Assembly (NCBI RefSeq): GCF_000315625.1 | Contig: NW_005434661.1 | Coordinates: forward strand, 830,345-894,344 | DNA: 64,000 nt | Direction of reading: 5' to 3' | Source: Guillardia theta CCMP2712 | Taxonomy: Eukaryota > Protista > Cryptophyta | Part shown: positions 20,980 to 32,959 of the stretch, in pieces | How the letters are laid out: each line of letters starts with the position of its first letter | Numbering within the stretch: position 1 is the first letter of the stretch | The notes under the pieces: model-generated | Told to the model about the DNA's origin: nothing | The model's input: the letters and a program-made list of their open reading frames with translations, nothing else | Databases searched by the model: none | Position numbers and translations under genes: made by a program

Positions 20980-23900
20980 CTACTTCCCCAACGACGAGAC
21001 GAAGTTGTCGATGTTGAACGCTTCCTCGTACTGAGCTTCGTCCCAGAGTTCTTCCAAGTTCTGGAGCACCTGGGACAGCTTGCCTGTCCCTGCTGCCTTC
21101 TCCTCTTCCTTCCCCGCGGCTTCCTTCTTCATGGTGGCTCCTTCAGCTGGGCTGAACAGGTCAAGCAGCTGGGAAGTGTCCATGTTGCGGAGGGAGGCGT
21201 TCTCCTCGTTGATGACGGAGTTGGCGATGGAGAGCTTGAACCGCTGCAGCCCCATGATCTTCTCCTCCAGCGTGTTGCGAGTGATGAGCCGGTACACGTT
21301 GACAACCTTCTTCTGCCCGATGCGATGCGCGCGGTCCATGGCCTGCAGGTCTCTTGTGGGGTTCCAGTCGTGCTCGACGAAGATGACGGTGTCTGCTCCC
21401 GTGAGGTTCAGCCCGAGGCCTCCGACGTGTGTCGTGAGCATGAGAATGTCGATGGATGGGTCACTGTTAAACTTCTGCTGGATCTCGAAGCGACCGTTGT
21501 TGGGCGTCGAGCCGTCCATGCGGAGGTAGGTGACGGAGGGGAGGTGCTTCTTGAGGAGATCGTTCTCGATGATGTCGAGCATGGTCTTCATCTGAGCGAA
21601 GATGAGGACCCGATGCCTCGAGTCCTCGTTCGCCTCCTGCTGCATCAGATCCCCTTCCTCGTCCTCACTCGCGGCGCCGATGCCGCACTCTTGAAGCAGC
21701 TCCTTCAAGGCAACGAGCTGCTCCAACATCAGACATGCGGAGACGGATGAAGGATTGAGAAGGAGATGGGAGATGGGAGGGATGATGATGGAGGAGTGCA
21801 AGCGGAGGGGAGAGACATTTACGAGGAGGAAGGGAAGAGCCAAGGGGAGAGACTCACCTTGGGTGCGAGGGAGATATCTGAGAGGTCCATGTTCTTTGAT
21901 TTGAGCTCTTGCGCCACCCTGGCCATCTCAGGGTGCGAGGGGCCCAGCACGAGCTTAGGATGGTTCGCCAGCTTGCGAAGGTACTGCAGAGCCTGAAAGA
22001 TGTGACTGGCGACCCCTCCTCCCTCCTTACTCTTCCCTTCCTCGCCCTCGCCCTTGATCGCAGTTGCCACCATCTCGTTGGCCTTCTGCTTGGCAGCAAA
22101 GTCGTTGTAGAGCTTCTGCTGGAGGGGCGAGAGGTCGCAGTAGTAGTCCTGGATGATCTTGGGCGGCAGGTCCGACAGCACCTCCGTCTTAGTGCGCCGC
22201 AACATGAACGGCAGCACCTGACGATGAAGAGCCTCGAGCGCGAGAGCTCCGGCCTCAGACTGCTGCGAGCTGCACTTGGCGTTGCGGGAGGCTCGGATGG
22301 GTTTCGAGTAGGCCTGGTTGAAGTACTTCTCGGACCCCAGAAATCCAGGCATGAGGAAATCGAACAGGCTCCAGAGCTCGAGCACGTTGTTCTGGATGGG
22401 AGTGCCGGAAAGGATGAGGCGATGGTTGGCCCTAACCGCCTTCACCGCCTGTGTCGTCTTGGACTTGGCGTTCTTGATCATGTGCCCCTCGTCGAGCACG
22501 CAGTAGTTGAAGGTCAACTTGCCCATGAAGTCGATCTCGTTGCGGAGAGTCTCGTAGGAGGTGACGACGACGATGTCTCCTCCTTTCGTGATCGTCTCCT
22601 GCAGCGCCGACCGCTCGCTCGGGGACCCCACGAACTGCACGCACTGCAGCGCCTGGTCCGGCAGGAACTTGGAGATCTCAAAGTCCCAGTGGCCGACGAG
22701 GGTCGGAGGGCAGACGACGAGGGAAGGGAGGGGAGCGCTGCCTGGGTCGCGGTTCTCGGCGAACTTCTTCCTCCTGTTATGGTGATCGGAGGAGATGATG
22801 CAGATGGTCTGGAGGGTCTTGCCCAGTCCCATGTCATCGCAGAGGATCCCGTGCAGCTGGTACTTCATCAGGAAGGCCATCCAGTTGACGCCCTCCTGCT
22901 GGTACCTCCTGAGGTCTGCCGCGATCTTGACGGGGATCTCGTAGTTGTCGATCTTGGAAGTGTCCAGCAGCTGCTCGAGGAACCTTCTCTCCTTCTGCTT
23001 CTCCAGGATCAGGTCCTGGCTCAGCCCTTCAGGGTCAGGGATGCCAGCTTCCAGAGGGAGGAGGCGCAGCAGCGTGGCGAAGCACTTGGTGACGGTCTGC
23101 CTCACAGCGGGGTGAGGGTCAGACATGCGTCCGAGGATGGGGACGACGAAGAAGATAGCGAAGGGGAGCACCGCCATGTCCATGACGTCAACGATGCGGA
23201 AGAGAGCTTCAGTAGCGCCCAGCCTCCTGCTCGCGTCGTCCGTGTCCCCAAGCAGCGGCATCACCTTGCGGATCACGGTCTCCATCCCCAGCACAGGAGC
23301 GACACTGCAGAATTGAGCAAGGAAGCGAGCAGCCATCTGCCGGATCGGGGCTTGCTTCGACTGCAGGGCATTGACGCTGTAAGGGAGAAGACATTTCACG
23401 CTCTCCATGTCCTCCATGTGCAGGCACGGCAGCAGGCAGCTCGCTACCTGGAACGCATCCACCACCTCCTGCGCCTGCGCGACTTCCAGTATCCTCTTGC
23501 TCTCGCCCTCGAATCCAGCCTTGATGGGATCCACCAGCCGGGTGAGGAGAGAGGGAAGGACATCGAAGAGCCCGGGCCCCATCCCCTTGGCCATCTCCTC
23601 AAGCGCCATGCTGGAACCGCGCTTCTTGATGCGGTTGACCCGCTCGTGGTTGTCCAGTGAAGTTATGATCGTGCTGTCGTCGGGAGGCACATAGGTGACG
23701 TCATCCAACGTCACCGAGTCGGGACAAGGCTTCGTGTCCGTGCACCGAGGGGTGAAGGTTGTATCCTCGCACAGGTATGCGGCAAGATTGTTGATAATCT
23801 TGCCGTTGGGACACGTCTTCCTGCTCGCGCACTCCCGCAGCAGCCCGACCAGCGACCTTGCCGACCGTCTCTGCAGATCTTCATTGTTCTCGTGTTGTAT

Positions 23901-26900
23901 GCTGTCCATGATGGATCGGATGACAGGAGCGACTTTGACTGGGAGGTTCCTTGCAGCGACTAGGACAGAGGCGACGGCCGACAGGACAGACGTGTGGAGG
24001 TTAGTCTGAACCTCCTGAAGTTGCCCGATGGTGACGTAAACCTGACGCACTGCCTTGTCTCTTGCCTTCTTGCCTTCCGCTCCCCCGCTGACTTTGTCCG
24101 CTGCCTTCGCCAGCTGCTGCTCCCAGTCCTTGCTTGCTTTCTCTGCGATTTGAAGACCTTGCATGACACCAAGGGACTCCAGCTCGAGCTTCACCTTCGC
24201 CTCCTTGACCTTCGCCTCTGCAAACAGCGAGACCATGGCCTTCAAGTCCTGCTTCCACTTCGCCGACAGATGGGCGATCTCAGCATAGGGATAATCCGTC
24301 TGCCCGACAGACCCCAGCTTCGCATCCAAGATCTCCTGGATGCCGTCGGGGATCTTGAAGATCGAGGTCTTCGAATCTGGAGAAGCGTCAGCGGCAGCCC
24401 TTGAGCTCTTGTCGGAGCTTCACCTTCCTTCCCCCCAAATTGAGACGAGGAGGCCCACTCTTCGAGGACGAGAGCTCCGACTTGCACGTGAGTGCCGTGA
24501 GATGAAGACAGCAAGCGCTTCACCTGAACCAACAGTCACTGCAGATCGAAGGAGACCAGGGAAGGGGGAGGAGACCATTGGAGGAAGGCGGAGGAAGCAA
24601 GGAAAAGTGAGCAGGGGAGAGAAGGAGGTGAAGGAGGAAGGAGGAAGGAGGAGGGAGGACGAGGACGAGGAAATTCACCTCATTGGTGAAGGGGTTCAAA
24701 TCGCCTTCAGTCGACTGCAGGCGCCAGATGAGACCTCCGATGGCTCTAACCCCGGACAACCGCATCCTCACTGATGCTGAGAAGTCATCCAAGTTTGTCA
24801 GAGCGTCGCTTGGGTCATCCTCGTTGTCTCCCTCCGCGCTTCTGATCCCCGTGTCTGTGACCTGAGTCCTGGCTATCCCCTGCTGGCGCTTGCGCTGGGC
24901 TCGAGCTCGGGAGGCGCTGACGGAGTAGTTGACGCCAGCAAAGACCTCGGGGTCAAGAGGGCAGCCGGGAGGGGTCGAGACAGCAGAGAACCACAGGGGA
25001 AGCTTGGAGGAGATGGTCTCCGAGAGGGGGGAGCCGAAGGATGTGTTGACCAGGATGCTCCAGAGCTCATGAGAAGACTCGGAGATCTCTGGCCGCTGCT
25101 CGAGGATGATATTGACAAAGACGTGATGGAGGGTGTCCCCCAAGACCGACATGAGCCACGGGGAGAGCGAAGACAGGTCGAGCTTGTCCTTCGACGTGCC
25201 AGGGTTTGCCATCATCACAAGATTTCGGCAAATCTTCAGGACTGATCGCCGGACAGAGAACATGTTGTGACGGAAGAAGGGAAAGAGCCGACGTACCAGG
25301 ACCGAGAGATCTTTGACTTTGTCTTCTCCTCCTCCAATAGCCGCGGACTTGCTGGATGGGATATTTTGGCACATCTCGGCAATCAGGTTCATCACAGATG
25401 CCGTTGAGGCTGCAAGGTAGGTCAGAGGACCAAACAATTCTTGCGCTGGTATTAACAGATGTCAATCAACCTGTGAGGTCGTCAAGCAGCTGTAGAGTGG
25501 ACCATAATACCCCCAATAAAGGCTGAAACCATCGATTGTCAGGTTACGACAAAACACGAGATAAAAGCTGAATGAAGGGAGGAGGGAGGGAGGAGGGAGG
25601 GAGAAGAGATGAAGAGAATTTTCGAACCTTCCCAAACCATTCAAAGCACTCAACATTCGTGACGATGTGGGAAGCCAGTGGTAGAAGAGCCTCAGCAGCG
25701 ACCGAGCGAACATCATCATCCTCTCCCTCGATGCCTGACCATGGCGACCGTCAAGTCATCAACGCGTCACACATTTACTTCACCTTGTTTGATGACAGGA
25801 AGAATAGACTTGAGATAGTGCTCAATAATACCTTCCTTGCGAACAGCAATAGCATATTTCAACCCCAACATTCCTCCGTGTCGAACCTGTTCTTTCATCA
25901 GCCATGAGATCATTTACACAAACCTTGCAGACCTCCCAATCCTTCATCTGCTGCATTGCTGCGAGAATCCTTGCGACATGTCCTGTAAGAAACAAAATCA
26001 GCGAATAGGCACATCACATCCCAACAATCGTCACCAAGAGCTTCTTCGGACAAATGCCGCAAGATCACACCTAGAGCCTTGAAAACCCCATTAAGATGCA
26101 AACAACAACACGGCAACCTTACTTGAGCACAGGTCTCACGGACAGGAGCGACAACCGGATCCGAGACATAATCACCTACACGACTCGTCATTGCAAGTTC
26201 CTTGTCAATCAGAATCTCTCACCAAAACGATCAAGAGCTAGACAGCATAGCAGCCTGACTGCACATTCTTCGAGCCAACTCACGTTATCGGCCACTTGCT
26301 GCACAGACAGAATCGTTACAAGTCATGTCGGAAGCTCCAACGAGCGACAGGGGGATTTCAGGCAAATTATGCTTGCCTGCTCCTTGGTGGTGTTGGCCCA
26401 CCTCCCAGAGCCTTTGGCGTGATGCTTCAAAATCTCCTGCAAACCAACAGCAGCTCCGTGCCTGACCTAGTGACCGTGGCCTCACACTCAGGGATCACTT
26501 CAAGTCTCAAGTCCTCACCTCCCATGCTGGGTCGAAGATGTCGCAGCAGAGCTCGTCACAGATGGGCCCTAGCGGCCACTCGTTCGGGTCCGCGGTGACA
26601 ACCTCACTGACTGTCGTTTCAACCACAACCTTGTTGGAATCCTGCCACTCTCAGTAAAACCAGGATCTTTGAAACTCTTCAGGGTGTTGAAGGCAGAAAG
26701 TGGAGGTACAGCTCTGTGAACTAACCTGGGGCTGATCAGTGACGACAGACTTTCCCTCCGTGTTGGCAGAGGAGCCATTGTTCGTCTGACTCTTCTCACG
26801 CATCAACTTCCTTTGCTTCCTTCTCAACTGATTTCTCTCTCTCGGACTCAGAAGGTCCTCGTTAACCTCGCCGCCGGGTTTCGCGCTACCCTGCAAGTCG

Positions 26901-27752
26901 TCGATGAGCTCACTAGCCTTTCGCTTGTCGGGCCCCATCCTCTTGTCGCTCTCATCCGGGGCCTTGCTCATCAGATCATCTTCCGCCACCATATCAGAGA
27001 GGTTGAACAAGTCGTCTTTCTTCTTCGATATCGCGCTCAATCCTGTCGCTTTCTCTCCTGCAGCAGGCTCTAGCCCCAGGGTTACTCGAAGCTGTTGTTT
27101 CTGGAGAGCCAGCCGCTCCTTTGGATCCATACTATCTTCATCGTACTCTGTCCCGGTGGATGACACAAGGATCCTTCCTCTGGCTATCACTCCCTCAACA
27201 TCAAACTTCGATAGGCTCTCATCCTTCGAGTTCGTATTGACCAGTGTCTCTCCCTCTTCAGTGCTTTGTGGATCCCAGACGGGAACTTTGCGACAAATGG
27301 CTTCGATTGCATATCCTGCTGCTACTCTTGTCTCCCATTTCTTGCTCTTGAGTAAAGCTTTCACTCTGTTAACAGCATGTCAGTTTCATCAAAAACAAAA
27401 ATATCTTCCTTCTAATCCATGCACATCAAAAATCCAAGAACATGCCAGCATTCTGGGCCCCTTTCGTATTCGATGCTCATACACTGTAATCTACCACATC
27501 ATACTGCTCTGCCTTCCCACAAACACCTCCCCATCAACAGTATGTCGTCCCTTGCATCCTACTCCTCCACCTCCACCTCGCATCTTCCTCCGTCCGTCGT
27601 CCCTCTTACCTCCAGAGGATGGTGAGATAGTTCTCACTGTGTGAGAGATCTCCGATCTGGGAAGCTGCTGCTCTTCTTGTCGAGCTCGACGTGCCCGTGT
27701 CAAGCAGGAGGATCAGCCGGTCCAGCCGAGTCTCCTGCCCCCCTGCCACCAT
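20980..27752 (-). CDS. BTAF1: TATA-binding protein-associated factor Mot1/BTAF1 (SNF2 ATPase with HEAT repeats), multi-exon
   Basis: N-terminal TRLDRLILLLDTGTS, WETRVAAG, GDYVSDPVVAPVRETCAQ, HGILCDDMGLGKTLQT, VLDEGH, LSGTPIQNNVLELWSLFDFLMPGFLG, DLQAMDRAHRIGQKKVVNVYRLI. Confidence 0.97.
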
Positions 27753-27814
27753 CGCCCCCGCTCCTCTCCTCATCCCCCTCATTCGTACTCATCCCCCTCA
27801 TACCCATCGATCAG

Positions 27815-27945
27815 CAGCGGGGCGCAGAGCGGGGCGGCCGCCCGGCCCGGGGCCCGGCGGAGTCACTGCCGCACGGTCCGGGGGCAGTGGCACGGTGCCT
27901 CAGGCTGGGCCGGCGCACGGTGGCTCCCGGCTCGGCGTCACAGTT
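27815..27945. promoter_or_regulatory. GC-rich island, likely bidirectional promoter
   Basis: CCG/CGG-rich tract between divergent genes. Confidence 0.5.
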
Positions 27946-28147
27946 CTCTTCCTGCCCGCCACTGGGCTGGTCAGGCTTGCGATAGGTAGGGCAGCTTCGC
28001 CGCGCAAAACTGCCTTTTTGGTCTTTCTAGTTTTTTGGCTGAGGCGGATGCTTTCTTGCTATGCCTGCTTATTTTTGCATGCCTACCTACCCTTCTATTG
28101 AGTAAATTCTAAATCTGAAAAAATCTGCCGCAATGCTGTTGTGAGGC

Positions 28148-29042
28148 ATGCTGTTGGGAGGCAGGTCGCTAGTACGAGTGCTCACGCTGGCCCAGTATCG
28201 TCATAAGATACAAGACTTCTCACATGTACGCTCATGCCAAGAGCGGGCCTGCGCATCAGGCTCTGCTACCTCATCCACCTCCCCTCCCTTTGATGTTACC
28301 GATCGCTTCTCAAGCTTTCTCGCTACGGCGAAGAAGTTGCTGGGGGATGATAGTCTAGACGAGAGAGCATATTTTCTAGCGAACCATCTGTTTGTGCTCG
28401 AGCTCCAGAAGGATAACGAGAAGCGGCTGCTCGAGCTCCAGAAGGATAACGAGAAGCGGCTGCTCGAGCTCCAGAAGGATAATGAGAAGGAGAATATAGA
28501 GGACTACTTCAAATTCCATCTATCGTTCGTATCTCAGAGGTGTGTGGTGTGTTTTCTTGTTGCGCTGAAGAATGATCAACCAAACATGTGCCCACAGGTA
28601 TTTGCTTGAGTTGCTGTTCCAGAGAGTGATGTATTGCGTGGATTCGAAACACCCAGAGATGATGACCTTGCTGAAAGAGGCTCTTTCTAAAGCCGACCAT
28701 GACAAACTTATGAGCAGCAAGTCGTTGTCTGTGAGCAGCATCAATAGGATGCTGCAGCAACTAGAGATCAGAGAGATGATGTGGGAACGGATCGGGCTAC
28801 CAAAAGACCTTGAGATCCCCAACCTGACGGACGACTACCATCTTTACGGAAACCTCTCCGAGGTGGTTCATGGACCACAGGGATCGTTTGTGTACTTGAG
28901 CAATGACGCAAGCGAGGTGGAGACGAGGTTTTGGCAGGCGGTGTGCGACAAGTTTGGCAAGACCTTGGACATGTTCGATAGAAAGAAAGTAGCATCAGGC
29001 AAGAAGGTGCTGAATGCAAAGCGTCATCCTGGCAAGAAGTAA
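28148..29042 (+). CDS. Two-exon uncharacterised protein: transit-peptide-like N-terminus, coiled coil, C-terminal LYxxLSxxxH motif
   Basis: GT-AG intron at about 28540-28598 joins SFVSQR to YLLELL; 33-bp repeat (LLELQKDNEKR) x3; LYGNLSEVVHG. Confidence 0.75.
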
Positions 29043-29055
29043 CAACCCAGGTACC

Positions 29056-29960
29056 TACTTGATCAACACCACAGGCTCTGGTACCTCATCCTCAATGCTT
29101 CGTAGAAAGCATGAACAAGTCACCAAGATGAAATATCAGCCGATCGTCGCCATTCGAGCATTGGGTTTCTCAGCTGAAAAACAATGAGAGCATCTCAGGC
29201 CCGAGCTTTGTAAAGTGCTGTCATGAATCTTTCTAATATCCTCACGTCCATCTTTTTGAGAGTATATGGCAGGACTCTTGTTGGAGTTCTTCCAAAGCTT
29301 TGAATTGTGACATGATTCTTCAAGATATCCAGTTTGCAAGACACGTTTGGTACTTGCATGATTGCCTGGCATAACATCTCGAAGAAATCGTTGATGGTAT
29401 CACAACCACTGACTCCGTTTTCACCATTTTTTGAGTTGCCAACTGCTGCAGTTCGACCGCGAGCTTGCCTTGTCCAACCCGATCAAACAACTGCTGATAT
29501 CACAATCAACTCTCATAGTTGAACAAATGAGATCAATGCAGGGAACAAGCACTGCTACCAGGATCTCATCCAACACACTTCGACGTAGCCGAGCAAAGTG
29601 CATAGGAATCTCCACGTTCTCGCTCGACACCTGCCAAGAGTGGAGAGGGTGAAGGTCTTAGACGACGACGACGAATCGCTCCTCGAGAAATTCGAAGAGG
29701 AGATCTCGGTGTCTGTGGGCTCCAACGAAATGCCAGTGAGGAAGGGTTCGATCTTTCAGCAGCGCAACGTAAATTTGCACCCTCCGAAGAGCGAGAGGGG
29801 TAGCGTGATAGAAGCGAAGCAGCGCTTGTCTAGCTTGGTCATGGCGCCTCCAACGAGACCAGAACATGCAGCCTGTTGTTGTCTGTGTCCCCCCTCGCAA
29901 GCTCTGATTGTTCCATAGCAGTGACTTCATGGGAGAACAGCGGGGACGACCTGCAGCCAT
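29056..29960 (-). CDS. Possible multi-exon hypothetical gene
   Basis: Short open frames with plausible splice sites ending IEDEVPEPVVLIK*, downstream of a GC island; no recognisable motif. Confidence 0.3.
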
Positions 29961-30089
29961 TGGATCATTCAGTTTGTTCTCGTATACACGTCCCCTGGCA
30001 AAATCCTACAGAATGTGCCGCGGCAGTGCTGATCGGACACCGGGCAGACTTGGAGGGAGCCTTGCAGCCGGAACGTGAGCCGTCAATTC

Positions 30090-30225
30090 ACGGCGGTAAA
30101 CGTGACTCGGTGACCGTCGTCACGGTTGAACCGTTGAACCGGGCCGTGAACGCCGGGCCGCCGGGTGGCGGTACGGTACGCCTGAGCCTGGCCGGGCAGG
30201 GCCAGCGGACTCCTGCCGGGCCATC
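30090..30225. promoter_or_regulatory. GC-rich island, likely promoter
   Basis: CCG/CGG-rich tract like the others in the window. Confidence 0.45.
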
Positions 30226-30722
30226 CCTGCCTGAATATTACCCCTACCTACTGGATGACCTGACAAACCACCGGCACAGATATATCGGCCCCCTGCCCAT
30301 GGCGACAGAACGAGGATGAAGGTGGAGGGCCTACGAGGGCGATGAGCGGGGCAGGTGAGACCCTTGCAGGGACCGTCGTGAAGAAGAGACGCAGGGAAGA
30401 GATGGGAAGTAAAGGGATGGGTTTGGAAGGGAAGGGATGGAAAGCAAAGGGAAGGGAAGGGAAGCAAAGGGATTGGATAGGCGTGGAGATTAGGAGCAAG
30501 GAGAACAAAATACTAGGAAATCTGAAGGGACAGAAGAAAGCACTGCAGTGATCAATACGAGTAAGGAGGAACGTAATGTTAGTTTTGATGGAAATCGCTC
30601 TCTAAGGAAGCAGATATCTGATAACAGTCTTTGACTTGGAGCAGGTTCTTGTAATGTAACAACTGAGTTCGTGCTCTTGTCTTGTTGCACGTTGAAGCCT
30701 TGAGCCACGTTCTGCTCGTTCG

Positions 30723-32647
30723 ATGACAACAAGCTCAAAGCTCTTTATGCTTCTCATCGGGGGTCTCTTCTCGCCAAGTTCCTCCTTCAGGAGCTTCCAC
30801 TTGACTGCCAGCAAACTCCGATGTTGTCAGTTGGCTTGCTTGCACGAGAGGTCACGTGGGGTCATGAACAGTGTCGTTCGGTGCTCGCTCCCCTTACAGT
30901 TTCCTCACGGCATGGAAACAAGCCTATCAAGTCCACAAGCACGTTTGTTGCAAGCAGCATCAAGTCTCGATAGCAACATCGTCCACCTGTGGATGGTTGG
31001 TACCGACGAGGTTCGCAAGATTGGGGAGGAGCACGAAGCAGTTTTGAGGTATCAGGAAGAGTATTGCTCTGCTCGTCTCACAATATCAAAGGTCTCTACT
31101 GAGCCCTGAGGAATCCGCAAGATACCTCCGAAGCATGCAAACAGCCAAGGCGATGGAGCAGGTATGAGCTAGGACACCATGCACGGCCATTCATAAGAGT
31201 TGGTACAGGCTTATTCGTTCTTGCTGGCACGAGCACTTCTAAGAACGACTTTATCGAGGTGTGATATTGACATGGTGAAAGACTGATCAAGATGATGCTG
31301 TTTTTCCTTTGTTCTCCTCGTCAGGTACTGCAGTGATGTCAAACCACAAGAATGGAATTTTATCATGAACGAGCACGGGTAACTCAAATGATATGCTCCT
31401 TGAAGAAGATATGAAGTAAACGGAGGAACATGCAGGAAGCCTGAGATAGACTTCGACAACCTGAAAGCTCGAAGGGTAAAGTTCTCACTTGAGACCATAG
31501 GTGGCTTCTGACACCTTGCAAAGATTCCTGAGCAGTTCAAGAGTCTTCGTTTCAACCTCTCGTGATCTTCATAGTCCTGTCATGTATCTCGAGTGATCGA
31601 AGCGATCAGGCACTGCTCAGGAATGGTCTGCTGCGCCGTCTCAATCGGTAGAGACGTCGGAGTAGATTCTGAGCTCATCTCCACCAAGAGGTCAGGAGAG
31701 CCTTGAGAGGTGCGACCTGCTAACGTCAATGCTGGACCAGGAGGATCTTGTCCATTGCTGAGAGATTCTTCTCTGAAGCTGAATTTGAAGAGCTCAAAAA
31801 GGTTTGCCATGTATGTTTGCTCCCGTCCTTGCGCTCAAACACGATTGCCTAGATTCATCCTGACAGGCAGCAGCTGGTCTTCTCACGCTTGTGGACGCTG
31901 AAAGAAGCATATGTCAAAGCGAGAGGACTGGGAATCTCGGGTGAGGAGGAGGTGGAGGCAGAGGAAGAGAGGTGGGAGAGAGAGTGGGGGAGTAATAGAG
32001 GAGGAGCTTTGGAGTGGAAGGGAATTGATGCTTCACAGGTGTTGGACTGGACAACTTCGAATTCACCGAGGCAAGCGGATTCATTTTTTCACTGCAACTC
32101 TCTGACAACGTTTGCAGGTTGAAAATTTGCAGCACGAGTGGCCGACGCAATCGATAACAGCAGGTTTGATCGAGAAGACTCAGTTGTGTCTTCGGGTGAC
32201 TTGGTGACAAACGAGAAGATTTGTCGAGAGTCGGCGATGACGGTGATCAGTGGAAGTTCTTGATAGTGAATCCTCCCAGTGTCTCACAGTGAGGCCCTCC
32301 GACTTGTTTCTTTGTTTCTAGTCACTCTTGGTGCAGATCGACAGAGCGCAACTCTCCCGCTCATACAGTCTCCCTTGCAGTTGGAGGTACCTCTGTCCTG
32401 ACTATTCATTCTTTCCTTGAATCTCCTGACGCCATGGCAGGTCAAGAACCGTTCGAGCTTGTCTGCTTGAAGACTGTCCCATGTCATGTAACGCCAGATG
32501 TCTTGTTGGATCCAAGGTCAACATAATGTTGTCCATTGTTCACTTGTTGTGATTCCGCATTCCGCATCGTCCCTCTCTGCCACTGATCGCAAACTTTGCA
32601 GCATTCGAGCCGTGGAATCTTTGCCGCGCGTAGAGATGCTGTTGTGA
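30723..32647 (+). CDS. Sfp/AASDHPPT-type 4'-phosphopantetheinyl transferase, multi-exon; possibly plastid-targeted
   Basis: IVHLWMV, LARALLRTTLSR, LRFNLS, RDVGVDSE, RLWTLKEAYVKARGLGIS; N-terminus KLFMLLIGGLFSPSSS-FRS resembles a bipartite targeting signal. Confidence 0.88.
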
Positions 32648-32959
32648 GTTCAACTCCTTTAAAACCAACATTGGAAACATGGTTGTAAGCTTAAAATGAT
32701 AGTAAAATTATTTGAGAACATCACAGAATTCTTTAAAATTATGGTTGAAAGAACATGAAATCTGCATTCCTATGGGATTTTCCTCATAATAGGTTGATCT
32801 GTATTAGAATAGCAAGGACCATCACAAACGCTGAGAGAAGTACGACCTGCACATGTATCATAATGATATTCTGTACGATGATTAACCCAAGGCAAAAGGA
32901 GAACAGGGGGAGGAAGTAGTGGCGGTAGTGGTAGTGACAATTCGGAGTTTTGATGGAGA

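Noticed and set aside
21909-23660. 583-aa plus-strand ORF
   Set aside because: Antisense shadow of the GC3-rich BTAF1 exon; no motifs.
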